A stretch of 64,000 nucleotides of DNA from a virus (taxonomy: Duplodnaviria > Caudoviricetes): IMG/VR virus record IMGVR_UViG_3300044535_000374, positions 3,212 to 67,211 of that record, one strand, 5' to 3'. Of the stretch, positions 34,741 through 43,750 are shown one piece after another. Under the pieces are notes generated by a model, which was not told where the DNA came from, did not search any database, and was given only the letters and a program-made list of their open reading frames with translations. Positions within the stretch are counted from its first letter, which is position 1. Every line of letters starts with the position of its first letter. The translations under genes were made by a program, and so were the position numbers.

Positions 34741-36543
34741 ATGAGTAATACTATAACAGAGAACAATATTTTAGAGAGTTTAATAAGCATTTATCCTAGT
34801 ATGTTGAAGACTAATGATGTGAAATATATATCAGTAGCCAATGCCTTGACATGGATTAAGATAGGTAGATGGGCTGATAAGGTTTCTCAGGTTAAGAATG
34901 GTGTACTCAATAAGAAAGAACTTCCTGCAATTATATGGGGAGGTCAGTTCAAGGCAGGAGATAGAACTAACGAAGGTATCAGTCACTACTCAGGGTTAGC
35001 TCCATTAGACTTTGACATGAAGGATTCTACAGATGAAGAGATACAGGATAAGATAGATATGCTAAAGGCAGACCCATTTATCTTAGCTATCTGGCGTTCA
35101 TCTTCTGGGAAAGGTATCCATTGCTTAATGAGAATACAATCACAGGAGGATTACTCAGCACATTACAGAGCTATTATCAGTAAGTATGATGGCATTGACC
35201 CTGCATGTAGTAACATATCTAGATTATTATTTGTGAGCCATGACCCTGATATCCATGTGAATGAGGAGAGCTTAATATTCACAGATATAATCAGAGAGGA
35301 GAGATTGATATTACCATCAGAGCCAACACTAGCTACTAAAACAGACTTTAGAAAGCTAGAGATGGTATGTAATCTATTCCTGAATGCTAAGGAAGGAGAG
35401 CGAAATCATAAGATGTTGAAGGCAGGAAGGTTACTTGGTGGATTCATAGCAGGTGGTTTAGTTCAGGAGGATATAGGCGTACAAGCCCTTTTAGGCGCAT
35501 TAGAGACACGCAGGCAGGAATTAGGTGAAGATGACTACAGAGCCGCTAAAATCACTTTAAATAACGGATTAGAGCATGGCTTACTATCTCCTTTGGTAGA
35601 GATACAAGATGAGTTTATAAAGATGTCCCTTCAAGAGTCTATGAGAGAGGAGGATTTATATAAGTTCATACAGACAGAACAGGAAGGCTTAGACTTTCTT
35701 CTAAAGTACAAGAGAGGTGAGTTTGATAAAGGATTAGATTGTGGTTATCAAGAGTTAGACCCACACTTTAAGTTTATAAAGAAGGCGTTGACGGTAGTTT
35801 TAGGTCATGGGCATAGCGGTAAGACTTCTTTTGCGTTATGGTTTTTGAACTTGGCCGCTAGACTACACAATTGGAAATGGGCTGTTTATTGTGGTGAGAA
35901 TTCTGTTGAGAGCGTTAGATTGATTCTTAATCAATACTATCTAGGAAAGAGAATTGAAGATAGTAAAGAGGAGGAGATTATAAAATCTAATAAGTGGGTA
36001 AGTAATAGATTCATCATCCTAAAGAATGAGGATTTACTTGAGCCGTATCAAGTGCTTGATTTAATTGATAAGGTTAGACAGGTGCATTCAATTGATGGTG
36101 CATTGATTGACCCATTCAATTATCTTAAGCTAGCAGGTAAGGAAAGATATAACGCTGTGATTGATGCGTATACTCAGTTCAGGAACTACTCATTGAAGAC
36201 AGGTATAAACCTTTGGTTAACAGCACATACGAATACCGAGTCTCAGAGAGAGGACAGGATGCCTACACCTGCACATGCAGAGATGGGTTCAATGCTATAC
36301 AACAAGGCAGACCAATTCATATGCGTACACAGACACAGCTATGATGATGTGGATGGAGGTATAAAGAATAATGGATGTTCTGTTTATGTAGCTAAGACTG
36401 ATAGAGACCAATTGTATGGATTAGTAAAAGGTAAATACAAAGAGCCTATTGAGTTCAGATACACACGTGTTGGATTCATTGACCAATATGGACTATTCCC
36501 ATTAGCATCGCATAACAATATACAATCTGAAATAAATTTCTAG
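34741..36543 (+). CDS. Primase-helicase fusion (VirE_N/BT4734-like primase domain plus DnaB/SF4 helicase)
   Basis: SGLAPLDFD, SSSGKGIH, RLLFVSHD; GERN (PriCT-like); Walker A GHGHSGKT; ALIDPFN. Confidence 0.82.
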   Translation: MSNTITENNILESLISIYPSMLKTNDVKYISVANALTWIKIGRWADKVSQVKNGVLNKKELPAIIWGGQFKAGDRTNEGISHYSGLAPLDFDMKDSTDEEIQDKIDMLKADPFILAIWRSSSGKGIHCLMRIQSQEDYSAHYRAIISKYDGIDPACSNISRLLFVSHDPDIHVNEESLIFTDIIREERLILPSEPTLATKTDFRKLEMVCNLFLNAKEGERNHKMLKAGRLLGGFIAGGLVQEDIGVQALLGALETRRQELGEDDYRAAKITLNNGLEHGLLSPLVEIQDEFIKMSLQESMREEDLYKFIQTEQEGLDFLLKYKRGEFDKGLDCGYQELDPHFKFIKKALTVVLGHGHSGKTSFALWFLNLAARLHNWKWAVYCGENSVESVRLILNQYYLGKRIEDSKEEEIIKSNKWVSNRFIILKNEDLLEPYQVLDLIDKVRQVHSIDGALIDPFNYLKLAGKERYNAVIDAYTQFRNYSLKTGINLWLTAHTNTESQREDRMPTPAHAEMGSMLYNKADQFICVHRHSYDDVDGGIKNNGCSVYVAKTDRDQLYGLVKGKYKEPIEFRYTRVGFIDQYGLFPLASHNNIQSEINF

Positions 36544-36549
36544 ATATAT

Positions 36550-36580
36550 TTTGTTTGTATACAACATTTACTTAATTTTG
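36550..36580 (+). promoter_or_regulatory. Full promoter TTTG-N19-TAATTTTG
   Basis: -33/-7 elements upstream of ATG 36592. Confidence 0.7.
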
Positions 36581-36591
36581 AAAAAAAAGCG

Positions 36592-37185
36592 ATGATTAGT
36601 GAAAATGAGTACTTAGAAGAAGTTACTAAGCTGTACAAAAAAACACTAGAAGACAGGTTAATTAGCAGGTTTAAAAAAGAGTTCCATGAAAAGATAGGAT
36701 ACACGCCCCATGTTATTACTCTGTATGATGACAGGAGTTATTTGCCTAGAATAAAATTATATGAATTGGTAAATGTAATCAATGATATAATGGAGCGTGA
36801 GTTTGGTAATAGAAAAATAAACAGGAAGCTAATTAGAATAACATCTATATTAAGAAGTAGAGATGCTACTGAGTATAGATTTATCTACTTTAAAATAGGT
36901 AGATTAATGGGCTATAACCTTAAGGAAATAGGTTCAGAGTTGCAATCAAAATTCTATAAAGGATATGACCATACAACTGTTATTCATGGGATAAAAACTT
37001 TTGATGACCTATTGTCAACTAGTCAATCATTTGCACTTAGGTATCAGCACGTAATTGATAACATTAGAAAAATATACGAAAAAGAAAATGAAAATGATGG
37101 AAGTAAAGGGATTGGAGAACAGTATACCTGTGAGGAAAATATACTTGGACACGAAGCAGGAAGTGAGCTACAAGTCAATATGTGA
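36592..37185 (+). CDS. DnaA C-terminal (domain IV)-like DNA-binding protein
   Basis: LKEIG......DHTTVIHG matches the DnaA signature helix. Confidence 0.72.
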   Translation: MISENEYLEEVTKLYKKTLEDRLISRFKKEFHEKIGYTPHVITLYDDRSYLPRIKLYELVNVINDIMEREFGNRKINRKLIRITSILRSRDATEYRFIYFKIGRLMGYNLKEIGSELQSKFYKGYDHTTVIHGIKTFDDLLSTSQSFALRYQHVIDNIRKIYEKENENDGSKGIGEQYTCEENILGHEAGSELQVNM

Positions 37186-37300
37186 TGCTAGTAGAAGAAC
37201 AGGCATAAACCATGAGACTATTAAGAATTCATTAAACCCAATAAAACGAAAGAGGTTCATTGAAGAAAACAGAGAGTTCATATTCAGAATAATAAAATAA
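37055..37300 (+). CDS. NUMOD1-like HTH protein
   Basis: YKSICDASRRTGIN...I; true start probably near 37090. Confidence 0.55.
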   Translation: MITLEKYTKKKMKMMEVKGLENSIPVRKIYLDTKQEVSYKSICDASRRTGINHETIKNSLNPIKRKRFIEENREFIFRIIK

Positions 37301-37561
37301 ACACAAATGAAAAACCTATTAAACACAAAGAAAGTAGCCATTGACATCGTAAAAGGATTTGGATTCCATGTAGTATATTGGGATTCTTGGCATATTATGA
37401 TTGGGTGTTTTGTATTCACAATTGAAATCTAAGACTATGAAACATCTTATAAAGAAAGCAGGACAACTATCATTTTTCCTTCTAGTATCTGTGCCATTGG
37501 CTTGTACCTTGTATTTGACAGCACATGTTATCTTTGAAGTTAAACGGATAATCAAGTCTAT

Positions 37562-37837
37562 ATGAAAATAAATTCAAAATATTTTTGGCTAATTATATGC
37601 ATTGTGTTTTTGATAAGCTGTTACTCAGAAATGACTAGCAAAAAGCTAGAAGCTAAAATAGCTGAGCTAGAGGCTGAAAATAACAGGCTTATATCTGTAA
37701 ACGATTCACTATTCAATGAGAATTTTGTTAACAGACAGATAATTAGCAGATATGAGATTGGCATTGACATGTACAAGGAACAGCACCCAAGAGAGGCTCT
37801 TGAAATATTAGAAATCATTTTAAATAAAACAGAATAA
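37562..37837 (+). CDS. Membrane-anchored coiled-coil protein
   Basis: N-terminal hydrophobic helix followed by a coiled coil. Confidence 0.5.
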   Translation: MKINSKYFWLIICIVFLISCYSEMTSKKLEAKIAELEAENNRLISVNDSLFNENFVNRQIISRYEIGIDMYKEQHPREALEILEIILNKTE

Positions 37838-37933
37838 TTATGGAATGGCTTAAGTATCTACAAATAACACTAGCAGTAATATGTTGGATTTTTATGGGAA
37901 TCTATGTTTATCTAAGAGTAAAAGAAATTCGCA

Positions 37934-38248
37934 ATGAACGTAAATAAAATAGGAGCAGAAATAGCGTCTCTAATGAGACTGATGAAAGCATCAGCTTTAT
38001 ATGCAGAAAGCGTAAGGCAGTATCCGATATCTACAGAGTACAAGAATATATGTTACTCAATTATAAAGGATTATAACAAGTTATCTAACGCAATTAGGTT
38101 TATGAATCCTGGGGCTAAGGCGTTAATAGAGTCAGATATGGAAGATGATAGAGTTCATTACATATCGGAGGTGGTTTTATTGATGAGTCTAGTCACAGAA
38201 GAAGATTGTAAGGATATATTAGAATCTTTGAAAAAATACATAGATTAA
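37934..38248 (+). CDS. Hypothetical protein
   Basis: 104 aa ORF. Confidence 0.55.
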   Translation: MNVNKIGAEIASLMRLMKASALYAESVRQYPISTEYKNICYSIIKDYNKLSNAIRFMNPGAKALIESDMEDDRVHYISEVVLLMSLVTEEDCKDILESLKKYID

Positions 38249-38280
38249 TTTGGATGTTTACAATCAAGTAACTATATTTG
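38249..38280 (+). promoter_or_regulatory. Full promoter TTTG-N20-TATATTTG
   Basis: -33/-7 elements upstream of ATG 38300. Confidence 0.7.
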
Positions 38281-38299
38281 TATACCTAAACCAAAAGCT

Positions 38300-38539
38300 A
38301 TGATGTTTTTTGATGAAAATGAACAAATAACACCAACAAAGGTACAAGTAGGAGGAACGCATTACAATAAAATGAAGATTCAGCCTATTGAGTTTATATA
38401 CGAGAACAATATACCATACATGGAGGCAAATGTTATCAAGTATGTATGCAGACACAAGTCTAAGAATGGGTTGCAGGATTTAGAGAAGGCAAAGCACTAT
38501 ATTGATTTATTAATTGAGAAAGAATATAAAACCAAGTAA
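38300..38539 (+). CDS. DUF3310 protein (T7 gp1.7-like nucleotide kinase family)
   Basis: QVGGTHY, IQPIEFI, NVIKYVCR...KNG.QDLEKA..Y. Confidence 0.85.
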   Translation: MMFFDENEQITPTKVQVGGTHYNKMKIQPIEFIYENNIPYMEANVIKYVCRHKSKNGLQDLEKAKHYIDLLIEKEYKTK

Positions 38540-38953
38540 ATGAAAAACCTAATGAAAGCGTTGGGAGATTTCCAACAAGAATGCCCTGTTATCCATAAAG
38601 ATACTATAGGACACAAGTACACATATGCAGATTTACCTAAAATCTACAGCGTTATCAACCCATTACTAAAAAAGCATGGATTAGTTGTATCTCAGCCATT
38701 ACAGGATAATACGATTAAGACAATTCTATACCATGTACCATCAGAAGAATTCTTAGAGTCATCTACGCCAATACCATATGTACAATTATTAGGAGGCATG
38801 AATGAATACCAAGCATATGGCTCAGGTGTAACTTACTTTAGAAGATACGCCCTATCTAGTATGTTAGGCTTAGTTACTGATAAAGACACAGACGCATCAG
38901 GAGAGCAGGCATCTTCTAGTAAGACTATACCTACACCACAAAACTTTTTCTAA
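38540..38953 (+). CDS. ERF-family single-strand annealing protein
   Basis: YTYADL, Q.YGSGVTYFRRYAL...GL..D.DTD. Confidence 0.85.
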   Translation: MKNLMKALGDFQQECPVIHKDTIGHKYTYADLPKIYSVINPLLKKHGLVVSQPLQDNTIKTILYHVPSEEFLESSTPIPYVQLLGGMNEYQAYGSGVTYFRRYALSSMLGLVTDKDTDASGEQASSSKTIPTPQNFF

Positions 38954-39744
38954 TGATTGATATTAATGAAAGACCATTGTCGTTTAGCTCGTTATCTAAC
39001 TTTGCTATATCGCCACTACACTACATAAAGTATATTACCCAACCTAAAACAACATCCCCTCAGATGCAGTTAGGTAGCCTTGTCCATACCCTCATATTGG
39101 AACCACAAGAGGCTTCTAAATACATCGTGTCTCCTAAGTTTGACCTTCGTAAGAAGGCAGACAAGGAGGCAAAGGAGGAGTTTGAATTAGCTAACAAAGG
39201 ATTAGAGGTTATTGACCCTGATGTTTGGCAACAAGCAAAGGATATGCAAGAGTCAGTGTATTCTTATAAGAAAGCTAAGTCTGTGCTTGATAACATGAAA
39301 GAAACAGAGAAGCAGTTCGTTATTAATATAATGACTATGCCAATGAGAGGATTCATTGATGGTATTGGGTACATGCTAGATAATCCATACATAGTAGAGT
39401 TGAAGACATCTAAGACAGCAGACCCTAATGAGGTGCCTAAAGATTTCTTTAATAAGAAGTATTATATCCAAGCGGCTGTGTATACATTAGCTCTTAGAGA
39501 GCTTAAGATGATAGGGATAGATGAATATCCTCCATTCATGTACATCGTAGTTGAAAGTGCTTACCCATATATTACAACAGTTTTTCAAGCAGACAGAGCT
39601 TATGTTGATTATGGAATTCAAGAACTAACTAGATTGCTCGGTGAATTTAAGATGTGGATGGATGCAGGATATCCTGTAAGTGGATACTCAAAGACAGGTG
39701 TTGAAGAGATTCATACACTTGGCTTACCAATGTGGATAAAATAG
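38953..39744 (+). CDS. RecE/DUF3799-like PD-(D/E)XK exonuclease
   Basis: LSFSSL, GSLVH..ILEP, GFIDG, ELKT, QAAVY; adjacent to the ERF gene. Confidence 0.8.
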   Translation: MIDINERPLSFSSLSNFAISPLHYIKYITQPKTTSPQMQLGSLVHTLILEPQEASKYIVSPKFDLRKKADKEAKEEFELANKGLEVIDPDVWQQAKDMQESVYSYKKAKSVLDNMKETEKQFVINIMTMPMRGFIDGIGYMLDNPYIVELKTSKTADPNEVPKDFFNKKYYIQAAVYTLALRELKMIGIDEYPPFMYIVVESAYPYITTVFQADRAYVDYGIQELTRLLGEFKMWMDAGYPVSGYSKTGVEEIHTLGLPMWIK

Positions 39745-39768
39745 GTAGAAAATGTTAATGTTTGTGGG

Positions 39769-39776
39769 TAGTTTTG
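39769..39776 (+). promoter_or_regulatory. -7 promoter element TAGTTTTG
   Basis: Intergenic, upstream of ATG 39802. Confidence 0.5.
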
Positions 39777-39801
39777 TAAACGAACAAATACAGCAAACAA
39801 G

Positions 39802-40179
39802 ATGTCTAGATATGACACAATTAGCATACCTACAGAATGGCTACCTGAAATAATTAAGAAGGATGAATTTTGGGATAGCATTTCTGAATGGCAGACCAAG
39901 GATTTGAATAACGAGTATGATATATACATATTCAATCCTAAGTCAAAGCAAATGTTCATGCAGGATTATGAATTAGAATTGGTAGATAAGCCACATTCTA
40001 TATTTGGTAAGACCATGGAGATGCGTTTAACTAGCAAGATAAAGCAGTTGTTTGATGATACTATATCTTGTTCGTCTATGCCAGGCACACATTTTTACCA
40101 AATAAAGTTGAGTATCGTAAAGGGAGTATTGACAGATATTAAGATAATAAAAATATTCAATTTTAAAAGAGAATTATAA
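39802..40179 (+). CDS. Hypothetical protein
   Basis: 125 aa, YD...WQTKDL motif. Confidence 0.55.
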   Translation: MSRYDTISIPTEWLPEIIKKDEFWDSISEWQTKDLNNEYDIYIFNPKSKQMFMQDYELELVDKPHSIFGKTMEMRLTSKIKQLFDDTISCSSMPGTHFYQIKLSIVKGVLTDIKIIKIFNFKREL

Positions 40180-40409
40180 TGGCAAAAGAAGGATTTACAC
40201 AAGGCTCATTAAAGAAAGCTTACCCTAGCTTGTATGATTCAATGATGGAAACAAAGGGTGAAAGGGCTCCTGAAGGATGTTACAATACTTATGTAAACTT
40301 TTTCAGAGAGTATACAACAGCTAGTGGGGAAAGAAGAAAGGTCTCACTACAATCTATAATAGACTATCTAGAAAAATCAGGATACTCTATTAAGATAACA
40401 GCAAAGTAA
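40179..40409 (+). CDS. Hypothetical protein
   Basis: 76 aa ORF. Confidence 0.55.
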   Translation: MAKEGFTQGSLKKAYPSLYDSMMETKGERAPEGCYNTYVNFFREYTTASGERRKVSLQSIIDYLEKSGYSIKITAK

Positions 40410-40433
40410 TTTTAAACCAAAAATAAAATCAAC

Positions 40434-40685
40434 ATGGCAGAAGTAAAAAACCAAAACACGATTGCGATTTTCAAAAACGCAGACAAGAAATCAGAAAAGA
40501 GTCCTGACTACAGCGGAAGCTTAGAAATCAATGGAGTAAAGTACAGAACAGCTTTATGGCTAAAGCAATCTAAGACAGGTACAGCCTTCTTAGGTGGATT
40601 AGTTGAGTTAGCTGAAGAGAAGCAAGCACCTGCTGCAGCTAAGCCTGCTTATCAGCCTGTAGTTAACGATGACTTGGGGTTCTAA
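40434..40685 (+). CDS. Small SSB-like protein (DUF736-like)
   Basis: FKN..K.....PDY.G...I.G......W; acidic tail DDLGF. Confidence 0.7.
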   Translation: MAEVKNQNTIAIFKNADKKSEKSPDYSGSLEINGVKYRTALWLKQSKTGTAFLGGLVELAEEKQAPAAAKPAYQPVVNDDLGF

Positions 40686-40749
40686 TTAAAAGCTATCCAT
40701 TGATACAACAATTAATAGATAGACTACAGTTAACTAAAATTTAAGTAAT

Positions 40750-40777
40750 GGGGGTGCTTTGGCATCCCCTTCTTTTT
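40750..40777 (+). terminator. Rho-independent terminator
   Basis: GGGGGTGC-TTTG-GCATCCCC followed by TTCTTTTT. Confidence 0.65.
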
Positions 40778-41227
40778 ATGAGAAAATTTAATGTCACTAT
40801 AAGCAATATACCTAGCTACTTTATCGTTAGCAGGAAGAAGAGATACACATCTATGAATCTTTTCTATTCTAATACTCATTGGAGTGTAAGGAAAGGTGTT
40901 GTTGACAAGGCAAAGAAAGCTCTATCATTATTTATAGACAGGAAATTATTTAATAAGAAGACAAAGAACAAGTTACTAATCAAGTATACGTATTCATCAA
41001 ATAAGACTACATTTGATATAGAGAATAGATTAGGTTTTTGGAGTAAGGTGTTTTTAGATTATGCAAAAGGCTCTAGCCTTGTAAAGGATGATAATGTAAA
41101 GCACATAAGCTCTATTGTTTATGAATCGTACTACCATAAAGAAAAGGAAGACATACTTCAAATAGAAATATATGATATACCTAGCAAAGGTGACATTGGG
41201 GATACCATCGGAGAAGATAGTATCTGA
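40778..41227 (+). CDS. RusA-like Holliday junction resolvase
   Basis: SMN..Y..HW..R, DIEN, K.FLD, DDN; likely start MRKF at 40778. Confidence 0.65.
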   Translation: MRKFNVTISNIPSYFIVSRKKRYTSMNLFYSNTHWSVRKGVVDKAKKALSLFIDRKLFNKKTKNKLLIKYTYSSNKTTFDIENRLGFWSKVFLDYAKGSSLVKDDNVKHISSIVYESYYHKEKEDILQIEIYDIPSKGDIGDTIGEDSI

Positions 41228-41402
41228 GATAGTTTTGACAGAAAAGTCTTTAATAGACTACGAACTGACGGAATACCAAAGGAACAGGGCTTTATCCTGT
41301 GCAGGAATAGAGAGAAAGACAAAGACAAAATATGATAAGTGGAAGGATGCTAGGCTCTTAAAAATAGATATAATCAAAGAGATAAAAGGCATAAAAACAT
41401 GA
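41172..41402 (+). CDS. Hypothetical protein
   Basis: 76 aa ORF. Confidence 0.5.
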   Translation: MIYLAKVTLGIPSEKIVSEIVLTEKSLIDYELTEYQRNRALSCAGIERKTKTKYDKWKDARLLKIDIIKEIKGIKT

Positions 41403-41818
41403 TTCAACAAGAACCAGATGTGAAGTTCAGCGGATATGACATAAAGAATACCGCTCCAAAGAAAAAGTATGGCAACTTCAGGACTGACCTTAAAAGAGGC
41501 AGAGAACAAGAGCAGATGGTAGCTGATGTATTTAATGGTAGCAAGTTTGAGGTTAAGTCAGACTACATGGCACACAGGACAGGCAACATAGCTATTGAGC
41601 TAATGAGCAGAGGTAAAGACTCTGGCATCAATACTACAGAGGCTTGTCATTGGGTGTATAAGATTGTGTCGGCAGACTTGATACTAGTTATTACAACAGA
41701 AAAGTTGAAACGTTTTATAGAAGAAAATATGGATAAGTATAAGATTGTGATGGGTGGAGATAACAACACATCTAAGATGATTCTTATACCTATAAAAGAT
41801 TTGATACTAATTAAGTAA
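41399..41818 (+). CDS. PD-(D/E)XK-type nuclease-like protein
   Basis: DL..G...E, FEVKSD, TGNIAIE, SGI.TTEA..W, GGD...S. Confidence 0.65.
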   Translation: MIQQEPDVKFSGYDIKNTAPKKKYGNFRTDLKRGREQEQMVADVFNGSKFEVKSDYMAHRTGNIAIELMSRGKDSGINTTEACHWVYKIVSADLILVITTEKLKRFIEENMDKYKIVMGGDNNTSKMILIPIKDLILIK

Positions 41819-41819
41819 T

Positions 41820-42101
41820 TTACTTACGAGAGCTAAGTCCATTCCTACCATTCCTTGCTCTATTCTTAGATTGACTTTCTCTAGTCAATGCGCCTCCTTT
41901 AGTGTGAGACATATCTTTCCCATCCCCATTACCATAGGTTCCTGCCTTTCTATTAGCTCTGTTAAGCTCAGCTCTATACTTCTTTCTTTCTTTGGTTGCA
42001 TGGTATTTCTTGTCGTATTTTTTCTTACGTTCAATAGATTCCTTTGACCAATTAAGAGCGTTATAGCTTGGATGCTTACCTGCTAACTTATTTTTAGACA
42101 T
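41820..42101 (-). CDS. Small basic HNH-like protein
   Basis: GDGKDMSH...S.NRARN. Confidence 0.55.
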   Translation of the reverse strand: MSKNKLAGKHPSYNALNWSKESIERKKKYDKKYHATKERKKYRAELNRANRKAGTYGNGDGKDMSHTKGGALTRESQSKNRARNGRNGLSSRK

Positions 42102-42286
42102 TACTTATTTTTAAGTTTTTTACTAACCCATCCTCCTATCTGTATGACTAGCCACACAAAGGATAACAATGTTACTAAGAATTGTAACACAGGGGTCATA
42201 GTCATTATGTTCATGTAATTAAGCCATGTTAATATGGTTGCTGGCACACCTACCATTCCTGATGCTTCTGATACTCCTTGACTCAT
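42101..42286 (-). CDS. Putative holin
   Basis: 61 aa hydrophobic protein with a basic C-terminus, next to the endolysin. Confidence 0.5.
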   Translation of the reverse strand: MSQGVSEASGMVGVPATILTWLNYMNIMTMTPVLQFLVTLLSFVWLVIQIGGWVSKKLKNK

Positions 42287-42288
42287 TG

Positions 42289-42888
42289 TTAAGCTTTTAA
42301 TAGATTATAATATTCTTTAAAATGAGCTATTCTATCAGCAAGACCGATAGTGCCTCCGTTAACCCTTTTTGTAATTTTAGTTACCACATCTTCTCCTGCA
42401 CCTGTATCAGCTATTGCATTTAATCCGTTCTTACTCCAAAACCATGCAGCTGATAATAAAGGATATTTTGTAGCAACCAAATCAGGATTTGCTTCAATGT
42501 TATCTTCTACTGTTTTATCAAATGCTTGGTAGTTATTTTTACCTGTTAATTGGATATAACCTCTACCACGAAACTTAAACCCATCTCCACTAGCCTGATT
42601 ACCATTACCCATTCTGTTTGCGTACACAATATTAGCAATCTTTTCTGGCTTACGTTGATATTCTTGTGCGCTTTCTGGTGTAAAATACTTTTTGAAAATA
42701 TTTGTTAATCCTTTTGCGCTGTAGTTTAAATTCTCTGTTGTTACTCTGAATCCACCACTTTCATGCCCTGTCTGAGCTAAGAAATGAGCTAGTCTTTGTG
42801 GCGTGTTTACGCCAAATTTACTTGATACTTCTGGTATCTGATTTATAACTGTATCTGGGATGTGACCCTTTAATTTCTCTAAATTCAT
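42289..42888 (-). CDS. Endolysin, glycoside hydrolase family 19
   Basis: AHFLAQ..HESGGF, ENLNYS, GDG..FRGRGYIQLTG, SAAWFW, TKRVNGG. Confidence 0.92.
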   Translation of the reverse strand: MNLEKLKGHIPDTVINQIPEVSSKFGVNTPQRLAHFLAQTGHESGGFRVTTENLNYSAKGLTNIFKKYFTPESAQEYQRKPEKIANIVYANRMGNGNQASGDGFKFRGRGYIQLTGKNNYQAFDKTVEDNIEANPDLVATKYPLLSAAWFWSKNGLNAIADTGAGEDVVTKITKRVNGGTIGLADRIAHFKEYYNLLKA

Positions 42889-43133
42889 TACTTATCTTTT
42901 ATATTCTTGTTACCAAATACAGCCTCTACTCCTGTAATACCACACATAGTTAATGCTGTATACATAAGGCCATTAAATACTATAGGTTCTATTACAAATG
43001 CAACACCAACAGCTCCTGTCACTATATCGGTAAGTGCGTATAAAGCCATCAATACAAATGATACGAATCCTAATACTGCCTTTTGATTTACGTCAGACTT
43101 ATCGCTGAACATTCTAAGTAAAAACTCTTTCAT
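42888..43133 (-). CDS. Putative holin / lysis membrane protein
   Basis: 81 aa, two TM helices, immediately upstream of the endolysin. Confidence 0.6.
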   Translation of the reverse strand: MKEFLLRMFSDKSDVNQKAVLGFVSFVLMALYALTDIVTGAVGVAFVIEPIVFNGLMYTALTMCGITGVEAVFGNKNIKDK

Positions 43134-43135
43134 AA

Positions 43136-43738
43136 TTATTTAATTTTCCAATATATGGATGCGTTAACAAATGGTGTTTTATTGATATCAATTCCTGCTC
43201 CTACATTATATAGCTTGTCACACTTTGTGTTTAAAAGTAGATTTACTTGTACATTGTTTACAAAGTTTACCTTGTCAAACGAAGCTCCTACACCCCAAAA
43301 TAATTTGGTCTTAGGTAGTTCTTTAACAATAGTAGTCTCTTTAATAGTTCTTTGCTTCACATTAGCTGTGAACATTCTAGCTTCAATAGTATTCTTACTA
43401 ATGGTATCCAATAGTACAACATATCCTAAGCTGTCAGGTAAACGTAAAGTATCCTTATATACGTTCTTAGCAAAATACATTTTAATAATTTCTAATGTGT
43501 CCACGTTCATTGGAACCTGCACGAATATTGTTGTATCATGGTAGATATCTTTACCCTCTTTTGTGATTACCTTAGTCTTTATGATATCAATTGTATCTAT
43601 ATCATGCTTGATAACCTCGTAGGGTTTCCCAGCAACATATTTGATATTGGGTTTCAATGGGTTATAAAGCCCATTCTTTAAAAAGCTGTAGGCAAAGGCA
43701 ACTATCACCAAGACAGCTATGATTTTAATTATTTTCAT
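43136..43738 (-). CDS. Membrane-anchored lysis-associated protein (spanin-like)
   Basis: N-terminal TM, DT-rich repeats, beta-rich C-terminus ending YWKIK; first gene of the lysis cassette. Confidence 0.5.
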   Translation of the reverse strand: MKIIKIIAVLVIVAFAYSFLKNGLYNPLKPNIKYVAGKPYEVIKHDIDTIDIIKTKVITKEGKDIYHDTTIFVQVPMNVDTLEIIKMYFAKNVYKDTLRLPDSLGYVVLLDTISKNTIEARMFTANVKQRTIKETTIVKELPKTKLFWGVGASFDKVNFVNNVQVNLLLNTKCDKLYNVGAGIDINKTPFVNASIYWKIK

Positions 43739-43742
43739 ACTG

Positions 43743-43750
43743 CAAATTTA
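43743..43750 (-). promoter_or_regulatory. -7 promoter of the lysis cassette (TAAATTTG, probably leaderless)
   Basis: 4 nt before ATG 43738; overlaps the upstream stop codon. Confidence 0.55.
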
